The translations under genes and the position numbers were made by a program. The notes beneath the pieces are model-generated. The model saw only the letters and a program-made list of their open reading frames with translations, was not told where the DNA came from and made no database searches. A DNA stretch of 20,000 bases from an uncultured virus (IMG/VR IMGVR_UViG_3300046007_007003). Taxonomy: Duplodnaviria > Heunggongvirae > Uroviricota > Caudoviricetes. Of this stretch, positions 13,916-20,000 are shown piece after piece (position 1 is the stretch's first letter; each line of letters starts with the position of its first letter). The DNA is taken from IMG/VR virus record IMGVR_UViG_3300046007_007003; one strand, given 5' to 3'.

Positions 13916-14163
13916 TTCATCGGCCTCATCGGTGGCACCGGCACGGGAACGTAGCGCGGTTTCAGGTTGTCAGGTCTCGGCGGCGGCACGGGCACAGGCT
14001 CGTGCAGCACCACATTCTCACAGCGAACCACAGCGCCGGGGTCATCCTCGGCGATCAGGTCCTGCATCGCTCGGCAGTGCGCCGGGTCAGCGTACATCCC
14101 AACGTACCCGCTCCACATCGGAGACAGCGTCACGCTGAGAACAGTCACAGTCAGTAAGGACAA
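13912..14163 (-). CDS. Small protein with hydrophobic N-terminus and PVPVPPPRP tail, 83 aa
   Basis: Start re-called at TTG 14163 after GGGAGGGGAG. Confidence 0.6.
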   Translation of the reverse strand: MSLLTVTVLSVTLSPMWSGYVGMYADPAHCRAMQDLIAEDDPGAVVRCENVVLHEPVPVPPPRPDNLKPRYVPVPVPPMRPMK

Positions 14164-14303
14164 TCTTCTCCCCTCCCATAGGCCGCCTTCGACGGCTCTC
14201 GCTTCGGTTGCTTCGGTGATTGTACCACGGGCCTCGGAGCTAGGGCCTGCGCCCGCAGCTCCTGCTCCAGCCACTTGGGCAGCGGCTCCTCATGCGTCGC
14301 CAT
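14151..14303 (-). CDS. Hypothetical protein, 50 aa (MATHEEPLPKWLEQELRAQ...EDCPY)
   Basis: My translation. AGGAGG upstream; fills the gap between neighbours. Confidence 0.6.
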   Translation of the reverse strand: MATHEEPLPKWLEQELRAQALAPRPVVQSPKQPKREPSKAAYGRGEDCPY

Positions 14304-14457
14304 CTTCACTCGCCTCCTTCCGTCTGGCGTCGAGGTGTTCAGCTACCCACCACGCCCAGAACGACACGGCCTCCGCGTCTTCGTCGGGTTTTTCAAAATC
14401 GAAGTGACGAAGAAGTTCTTTCATCGCTGCGATTGCTGCTTTTTCTTTGAACGTCAT
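14290..14457 (-). CDS. Hypothetical protein, 55 aa (MTFKEKAAIAAMKELL...AWWVAEHLDARRK)
   Basis: My translation. GGAG RBS; starts 1 nt after the upstream stop. Confidence 0.65.
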   Translation of the reverse strand: MTFKEKAAIAAMKELLRHFDFEKPDEDAEAVSFWAWWVAEHLDARRKEASEDGDA

Positions 14458-14458
14458 C

Positions 14459-14650
14459 TTATTCTCCATTGTTGATCGGCTCCTGCACTATCCTCGCCGC
14501 GATCTGCGCGAGGGTCTTGATCTCGTTGGCACGCTCGACATTCCAGTATGCGCCCGCTGTCTTGTCGTTGGCGATCAGTTCAGCCACCCGCTCGATGCGG
14601 TTGAGCGTGGCGAACAGGTCTTTGATATTCGGTTCAGTCCACTTAGCCAT
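14459..14650 (-). CDS. Hypothetical protein, 63 aa
   Basis: ORF track entry, GGAGGGAG RBS. Confidence 0.72.
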   Translation of the reverse strand: MAKWTEPNIKDLFATLNRIERVAELIANDKTAGAYWNVERANEIKTLAQIAARIVQEPINNGE

Positions 14651-14810
14651 TGCTCCCTCCGATCACCTTCCTCAGTCGCTCCAAGTCCAGAACCAGCTTC
14701 CTCTTGTCCTCGGAAAGCTGCTTGATCAGTTCTGTCATCCTAGCCAGTTCGCTCCGTTGCTTGGCTAGCTTGCTCCGCATGATCGCGTTCTCGTCTTCAT
14801 CACGCTGCAT
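14643..14810 (-). CDS. Coiled-coil hypothetical protein, 55 aa (MQRDEDENAIMRSKLAKQRSELARM...)
   Basis: My translation. Fills the gap, overlaps both neighbours, and shows a heptad Leu pattern. Confidence 0.62.
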   Translation of the reverse strand: MQRDEDENAIMRSKLAKQRSELARMTELIKQLSEDKRKLVLDLERLRKVIGGSNG

Positions 14811-14991
14811 CAGAAAAGTTCCCTTGCACTTTCTTCAGTCGGCCATCCCGGTATGTGATGCCGAACTTCTTTGCTGCGTTGAACACTGCCTGAATGCTGA
14901 CGCCGAGAGCAGCCGCTGCTTCTGCCTTGCTCATCCCTGCGTTGGCGCACTCGATGTATTTGTTCACGCCCACCATCTTCTTCGTTGCCAT
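14800..14991 (-). CDS. Small helix-turn-helix DNA-binding protein, 63 aa
   Basis: GMSKAEAAAALGVSIQAVFNAAKKFGI is a typical HTH; GGAGG RBS. Confidence 0.8.
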   Translation of the reverse strand: MATKKMVGVNKYIECANAGMSKAEAAAALGVSIQAVFNAAKKFGITYRDGRLKKVQGNFSDAA

Positions 14992-15750
14992 TCAGCCCTC
15001 CATCTGTGCTGCGATTACTTTGAACAGGCGCTCCTGCGCCCTGCGAAACCCTGTGTCGAACGCCGTTGCGAACGAGGGTTCGAATGTGTTGTGAACGCTG
15101 CCATCCTTCATGAAGGTCTGGGCGAAGACATAGCCTTGCGTCCTCAGCAGTTGCTTCTTGTAGTAGTAGAGCGCCTCGACCTCGAAGGCTTGCATCCTTA
15201 CGTCCTCAACCGCAGCCGACTGGATGCGGCGCGCCTTGGTGATGGCGTAGTTTCGCCTCGGATCGCTGGCGAACTCAAGCCCAGCCTTCTTCACAGACCG
15301 GGTCCAGTTGGGAGAGACATAGACGACAGGGGTCTTGGCTACGATGGCTTCCTCGTGCCTGTTGAACGTGACCTTGATGCTGACCGTCTTGACGAAGGTC
15401 TTGATGGTCTCGACTATATCAGGCACAACCTTGTTCATCGCTATCTGGACGCCAGACATGCCGCCATCATCATAGCACATGTCGTCTCTTCTGTCTCTGA
15501 TGCTGACTATCGAGGATCGCACTGTGTTCACGATGCTATGCGATCCCATTGTGCTTCTTATCTTTGCTGAACTCCCCTTCAACTCGGTCGGTATGTCGTA
15601 TCGGTTATATGCAATTGCCTCCACCTCATCTGGAGACAAGTATCTTCCGCAGATTTGCTTGATGATGCCCATCATCTGAGCGGTCAGGTCACATTGCACC
15701 TTGACCATCTTGTAGGTTGCGACCAATTCCTCTCTGGTTTTCTTTCTCAT
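14992..15750 (-). CDS. Hypothetical protein, 252 aa
   Basis: Long ORF abutting both neighbours, AAGGA RBS, no motif recognised. Confidence 0.72.
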   Translation of the reverse strand: MRKKTREELVATYKMVKVQCDLTAQMMGIIKQICGRYLSPDEVEAIAYNRYDIPTELKGSSAKIRSTMGSHSIVNTVRSSIVSIRDRRDDMCYDDGGMSGVQIAMNKVVPDIVETIKTFVKTVSIKVTFNRHEEAIVAKTPVVYVSPNWTRSVKKAGLEFASDPRRNYAITKARRIQSAAVEDVRMQAFEVEALYYYKKQLLRTQGYVFAQTFMKDGSVHNTFEPSFATAFDTGFRRAQERLFKVIAAQMEG

Positions 15751-15753
15751 CCG

Positions 15754-16849
15754 CTATCCTTTCATGTTGAACTTGATGACCTGACCGAACGGCGCATGGC
15801 GCAGGCCGCACGACACCCAGAGGACGGGGTAGTCGGGCGCATCTTTTGGGAAGTCGTTGATCTCAAGGTCGGTGAAGCTGATGAAGTGATCGACCTCGAT
15901 CTGATTGTCTTCGATGTAGTCAAACACCGGCCTGACGAGGGTGCCGCCCCGGCCCTTGGCGTTGAGCATGGTGATCGGTTCGCCCTCTTCGTATCGGGTG
16001 ACCGACTGGATCGAGTAGTCGCAGGCGATGACTGTGATGCTGGCGGGGCGCAGTTCCTCTGCCAGTGCGTTCATGGCACCGAGAAAGTAGGTCAGTGCCT
16101 TGTCGCTCACCGAGCCGCTGGTGTCGTTGTGGATGACGATGTGCCCGACACCCTTGCGGTCTGAGGTGGGGGCGATGATCCGGCTGAGGTGATACATCTT
16201 CCGGTTGGGTCGACGCATACTGTAGTCGTCTGGCTGGTCGCCTGTGAGGTGGCGACGGATCGCATCCTCGAAGTTTATCTCGGGGTCTTGCATCTCGCGG
16301 ATCATTTCATACGCCCACCCCGGCAGCTTGCCGCGACCCTTGGCTATTGCCGACGCCATGATCACGCGCTGCTGGACCTTGATTTCCTCTTGCTTCTTCT
16401 CCTCTTCGGACATCTCAGGCTCGAACACCAAGCCCCATGCTGGGGGGGGCTATGTCGTCCGGCAGGAGATCGTAGATTTTCTCTGCCGAGTATTCCGCGA
16501 ACAGCGGCATATCGATGCCGCCATCCGGCAATTCGAAACCATCCGCCTTCAGGATGTTGTTGATCGCCGCATCGCAGGCGATGTTCCACTTGTCGTGGTT
16601 GCGGTTGCCCTTGCGGAGATGATGTCGCAGGGCGATGTGCAGAACCTCGTGCGCGATGAGGCCGAGGGTCTTCGGCTCTGTCAGGGTGTCGATGAAGGGA
16701 CCGGACCACTTGATCCAGTCGCCATTCGTTGCTGCTGTCCCCATGGTGTCGTCGCGGCTAACGTCGGAGCCCATCGCGAGCGAACCATAGAAGGGGTGAT
16801 GCAGGACGAGCCGGGTCATAGCCCGGCTGACCTTGAGTTCTGGTGTCAT
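15754..16849 (-). pseudogene. DUF2201-type HExxH metallopeptidase + vWA domain gene, split by a 1-nt frameshift in a C8 run (16442-16449)
   Basis: The N part (ATG 16849 to stop 16415) has PFYG, TAATNG, AHEVLH, WNIACDAAIN and SAEKIY. The C part (to 15754) has RRPNR, the MIDAS motif DTSGS, GRGGT..PVF, FTDL and PVLWV. Deleting one C gives ...DIAPPAWGLVFEPEM... and a single 364-aa ORF. It could be an intact gene with a sequencing error. Confidence 0.82.
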
Positions 16850-16856
16850 GTTGCCC

Positions 16857-17876
16857 TCAGAGTACGAGTTTTGAACCATCGTGCAGCGCCCACTCGCGGA
16901 CGGCTGCATTCTTCTTGAGGCTGGGATCACGGGACCATGCGTCCTTGATCGTGAACGCTGCCAGTTCGCGGTTGGGCAGTCGCTTGAGGTAGGCGATGAT
17001 CTTCGAGACGTTCCTGTCTGTCGCTCGGTTCGAGAGGGAAGCACACAGGGCATACCGGATCGCGGAACTGGTCGGGATGGGCGCTTTGTCCGGGTCTGCG
17101 ATGACCATGTCAGGGTCTGGGCATTCCTTGGCGTTCTCAAGGTAGCCCATGAAATCGATGGCAGCAGGCTCGCCGATCTGGCCCATCAGTGCCTGCATCG
17201 ATGCCTTCGGCGACATGCCGAGGTTGATGATCACCGACGCGCGCTGCCATGAGCGGGGCGAGGGGCACGAGTCAACGTCCCGGTCGAACTTGTGCAGGAA
17301 CTCAGGGCGGAAGCGCAGGAAGGAGCGGATGCGGGTGTCCACACCGACCATCGAGAAGTAGGCGATGGTGTCTTCGAGGTCGGCCTCGACCGGAACGAAG
17401 GTCAGTCGGTCGCGCAGATGGGTGGGCATGGTGTTGGCACCGGCACGATCCGATGTGCGGTTGCCAGCGGTCACGACAACCCAGCCATCCGGCAGGTAGT
17501 GGGGTCCGACGCGCCGCTCGTTGACGATCTGGGCGGCGATGTTCTGGCAGGGGACGGGGCCTTGCACCAGTTCATCGATGAACAGGACACCCTTGCCCTC
17601 GCTCGGCATCCAGTCGGGGCGCATCCGCTGCATGGTCGTGCCATCAGCAGACGGCACAGGCCAGCCGCCGAGTTCGCCGGGGTCATACTGTGCAAGCGAC
17701 AGGACCGAACAGTCGATGCCCATGTCCTTGCAGATATCCTTGACGATGGTCGTCTTGCCGAGGCCCGGACCACCGACGAGGTAGGGCACCACGTTCTGGG
17801 CGTCACGCCCGGAGGTGTTGGACATGTTCCACTTGATCGATGCCTCGACGATCTCGCGAGCGACTGACAGTTTCAT
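16857..17876 (-). CDS. MoxR-family AAA+ ATPase
   Basis: Walker A GGPGLGKT, Walker B VLFIDE, TAGNR, Arg finger LRDR, sensor-2 PSPRSW. Adjacent to a vWA gene. Confidence 0.92.
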   Translation of the reverse strand: MKLSVAREIVEASIKWNMSNTSGRDAQNVVPYLVGGPGLGKTTIVKDICKDMGIDCSVLSLAQYDPGELGGWPVPSADGTTMQRMRPDWMPSEGKGVLFIDELVQGPVPCQNIAAQIVNERRVGPHYLPDGWVVVTAGNRTSDRAGANTMPTHLRDRLTFVPVEADLEDTIAYFSMVGVDTRIRSFLRFRPEFLHKFDRDVDSCPSPRSWQRASVIINLGMSPKASMQALMGQIGEPAAIDFMGYLENAKECPDPDMVIADPDKAPIPTSSAIRYALCASLSNRATDRNVSKIIAYLKRLPNRELAAFTIKDAWSRDPSLKKNAAVREWALHDGSKLVL

Positions 17877-17903
17877 GGGTTCTCTCCCGTTTGTTCAGTT
17901 GAA

Positions 17904-18152
17904 CTATTCGAAGTGGATGACGGCACCTGACGCAAAGCGCAGGGCCTCTTCGATGTCGGCGAAGTCCACTGAGCACGACCTCTCGCCTGCCGGGCCGTCG
18001 CTCAGTTGCCACTCGACATCACCGATCTTGTGCTTGTCGCCGTAGATGCGCTCTGTGATGGTGCCCTTGACCAGCCAGAACTCCCGGCGCTTGAGCGTCG
18101 CGATCTCGCGGCGCAGGGCTGCGTTCTCCTGCTCGAGCAGTTGCTGTTTCAT
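17904..18152 (-). CDS. Hypothetical protein, 82 aa
   Basis: ORF track entry, GAGG RBS, starts 1 nt after the upstream stop. Confidence 0.7.
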   Translation of the reverse strand: MKQQLLEQENAALRREIATLKRREFWLVKGTITERIYGDKHKIGDVEWQLSDGPAGERSCSVDFADIEEALRFASGAVIHFE

Positions 18153-18153
18153 G

Positions 18154-18507
18154 TCAGACCTCGATGCTGTTGATGATGGACCTGATCTCTGCGTCGATCA
18201 TGCTCTGCTCGGCGCTGATGCTGATCGCGAAGGATTTGTTGGCGAGCAGGTCGCGTTCTGCTCGCAGTTGGATGACACGCGGGTTGTTCTTTGCGATCTC
18301 TTCGCGCTTCGCTCTCTTGCGCTCGTTCGTCACCATCTTTGTGGCGGCGGAGAGGTGCCTGCCGAAATCTTCGCGAGTGACCTTCGAGAAATTCCTCTGC
18401 GACCCGTGCTCATTGGCGAGCATCTTCCAAGCGAGGACCATCGCCGCTCCCCGCTCGTGCCAATCGAAGTTCCGGCTCTGAAATCTTCTGATGCTCTCGA
18501 TGTTCAT
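18154..18507 (-). CDS. Hypothetical protein, 117 aa
   Basis: ATG 18507 is coupled (TGATG) to the HNH stop. Confidence 0.7.
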   Translation of the reverse strand: MNIESIRRFQSRNFDWHERGAAMVLAWKMLANEHGSQRNFSKVTREDFGRHLSAATKMVTNERKRAKREEIAKNNPRVIQLRAERDLLANKSFAISISAEQSMIDAEIRSIINSIEV

Positions 18508-18974
18508 CACAGCCCCTTAGTTGTTAGCGGCAGGTGGCCCCAAGTCCGGCCCCTGACGATGTCCTGAATGCCGGGTTGGCTCATGCCAAACTCGAATGCC
18601 AAGAGGGTCGGGCTTTCTCCCTTCGCCCACCTTTGGCGTATCTCGATGATCTGTTCTTCGCTCAGTTTGGCCTGAGCATTCCTTTTCCCTTTTGTGGAGT
18701 TCTCGTGCCTCACGGTGTCTTGACAATTTTCTTTCTGAGTTCCCCATGCGAGGTTCTCTATTCTGTCGTCGCCGGGGACGCCGTTGAGGTGTCTCACCAC
18801 GGATGGCTTCGGCCTCTCGCCTGTGAATGTCTCGCATACCAAAACGTGCCTGCGCTTTTTCACTTGGGCGCAGTAATGGTATCCGCCATGTCCGGGCTCA
18901 GTCCCGATCTCTAGGAATGCGCGCCCATCTTCCGTGACGAAGAGGTTCTTGATTGACGGGTGTTTGTGCAGCAT
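18507..18974 (-). CDS. Free-standing HNH homing endonuclease with C-terminal HTH, 155 aa
   Basis: Start re-called at ATG 18974. HVLVCETF..RP...VRHLNGVPGDDRIENLAWGTQKEN is an HNH_3 pattern. AKLSEEQIIEIR...LAFEFGMSQ..I.DIVRGRTW is the HTH tail. Visibly lower GC than the flanks. Confidence 0.9.
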   Translation of the reverse strand: MLHKHPSIKNLFVTEDGRAFLEIGTEPGHGGYHYCAQVKKRRHVLVCETFTGERPKPSVVRHLNGVPGDDRIENLAWGTQKENCQDTVRHENSTKGKRNAQAKLSEEQIIEIRQRWAKGESPTLLAFEFGMSQPGIQDIVRGRTWGHLPLTTKGL

Positions 18975-18978
18975 GTTG

Positions 18979-19040
18979 GGGCCTACTTTGTTGCGCTCGA
19001 AAGTAGGCCCACTTATACGCTCACAGCCCGAAGCGCACAA
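18979..19040 (-). promoter_or_regulatory. Promoter TTGTGC-N17-TATAAG and 11-bp hairpin occluding the HNH RBS
   Basis: -35 at 19040-19035, -10 at 19017-19012. Perfect inverted repeat at 19010-19000 / 18989-18979, ending 4 nt before the ATG. Confidence 0.7.
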
Positions 19041-19593
19041 GGCAGATCGGCCCAATGCCGAGCGCCACTGATTGTTTGTCGGTCAGGGTGCGCCCGCAGC
19101 AGGCGCAGGCTCCGGTCTTGCGGCCATGCTCGATGGCCTTGCCGCGAGGGTCGCGGGCGATGCTTGCCAGCTTGTCGCCCAGCCCGTCAGGCGCTGAGGA
19201 AACCGGCATGAACACGCCGCCCATGATCTTGCCTGCGTATTGGTCCTTGACCTTGACGTAGACTGCACCGGCGTTCTTGCCCGTGCTGGGAGCGAGGGAG
19301 AGGTTCAGTTCTCCGATACGGAAGGCAGGCTTCTTGAGGCCGTTGCGCTGGGCGGTGGCGAGCAGATGCTCGATGCGGGACACATCGACCGGGCGGCGGT
19401 TCTTCTCGCGCTTGGCCTCACCTGTGCGGCACTTGATGATCATGCGCGCGGCTGCGTCCCACTGCCTGTGGGTCAGTTCCCCCCGCAGTGCATACTGATC
19501 GAGCAGGCTGTCGGCAAAGGTGTTCCAATCCCGCATCTCTTCGAGGGTGATGAGGATTTCCTCGTAGTCCATGTCGTCTTCGATGATGTTCAT
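19021..19593 (-). CDS. DUF6011-type Zn-finger domain protein, 190 aa
   Basis: Start re-called at ATG 19593 (GAGGAG RBS). C-terminal CACCGRTLTDKQSVALGIGPIC; also GKNAGAVYVK...YAGKI. Confidence 0.8.
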   Translation of the reverse strand: MNIIEDDMDYEEILITLEEMRDWNTFADSLLDQYALRGELTHRQWDAAARMIIKCRTGEAKREKNRRPVDVSRIEHLLATAQRNGLKKPAFRIGELNLSLAPSTGKNAGAVYVKVKDQYAGKIMGGVFMPVSSAPDGLGDKLASIARDPRGKAIEHGRKTGACACCGRTLTDKQSVALGIGPICLVRFGL

Positions 19594-19621
19594 GGCGTCT
19601 CTCCTCTTGTGGGCATGGTGA

Positions 19622-19641
19622 GGCACCCCCTCAGGGGTGCC
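19622..19641. other. Intergenic GC hairpin GGCACCCC-CTCA-GGGGTGCC without a U-tract
   Basis: Perfect 8-bp stem between two co-directional genes; possibly an mRNA stabiliser or processing site. Confidence 0.6.
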
Positions 19642-19650
19642 CTTCGATGC

Positions 19651-20000
19651 TCACATCTGGCCGAACACGGCATTGGCGAGGTTGTTCTGGCGCTCGACCT
19701 CTTCCGCCGTGTCGGCTGCTGCCTCGCTGCCCTTGATGCGGGCGGCGCGCAATTCGCGGACGATGTCGTCGAAGCGATCCCAATCGCTTTCTTCGAACTT
19801 GCTGGGCTTGAACACGCCCTTAACCTTCTTGCCCTCGTCGTCCTTGCGGTTGGTGAACTTGCCGATCAGGGTCTCGGCCAGTTCGCGCATGGGGTCTTTC
19901 TCGCTCTCTCCCGACACGCGCTTTGCCAGCTTGTTCTCGCTGTCGATGTTCTCGGAGAGCAGGATATCGCGCACGAGGTTGGGGGTTGCCTGCGTCGGGA
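19651..20000 (-). CDS. Hypothetical protein, C-terminal part (start lies beyond the window)
   Basis: The frame stays open upstream of the GTG at 19974 to the window edge. Confidence 0.7.
   Translation of the reverse strand, partial: PTQATPNLVRDILLSENIDSENKLAKRVSGESEKDPMRELAETLIGKFTNRKDDEGKKVKGVFKPSKFEESDWDRFDDIVRELRAARIKGSEAAADTAEEVERQNNLANAVFGQM

Noticed and set aside
16850..17140. N-terminal extension of ORF 16415-17140
   Set aside because: It overlaps the MoxR gene out of frame. DUF2201-like sequence begins at ATG 16849.
15538..18838. TATGCGA/TCGCATA matches inside coding regions (~15538, ~18832; also ~8044)
   Set aside because: They lack the CGCTTGC partner and hairpin, and are explainable by codons.
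19622..19641. Possible intrinsic terminator
   Set aside because: There is no U-tract on the coding strand, so it is kept only as a generic hairpin.
1..20000. tRNA/rRNA genes, integrase/att sites, IS elements, reverse transcriptase/DGR
   Set aside because: None were recognised. The repeats at 12.6-13.5 kb lack adenine-specific variation and there is no RT gene in the window.

Overview
This window is a fragment of a tailed dsDNA bacteriophage genome. It is high-GC, and an alphaproteobacterial host is inferred from the protein families. All credible genes are on the minus strand. In transcription order (right to left) it contains: a DUF6011-type Zn-finger protein; a free-standing HNH endonuclease whose RBS lies in a hairpin; a MoxR AAA+ ATPase with a DUF2201 metallopeptidase/vWA partner that is frameshifted in a C8 run; a train of tightly coupled small genes, three of which share shuffled DNA modules; and a winged-HTH gene. 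An AT-rich origin-like region (11.05-11.4 kb) follows, then terminase small subunit and a PD-(D/E)xK nuclease. Next is a ~3.4 kb cassette of putative early genes (including a DUF932 protein and a truncated beta-clamp-like protein), most behind a repeated promoter motif and three also behind a shared hairpin. After that comes a very GC-rich non-coding stretch, and beside it, upstream of the terminase large subunit, a near-perfect bacterial parS site. Downstream of terL are two low-complexity/Pro-rich repeat proteins and the portal gene, which is truncated at the window edge and missing from the ORF track. The most notable signals are the parS palindrome, the repeated early-gene leader cassette between terS and terL, oriented 7-bp repeat arrays that flip together with strand skew, and the frameshifted vWA gene. 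All family assignments come from motif recognition only; no searches were run.
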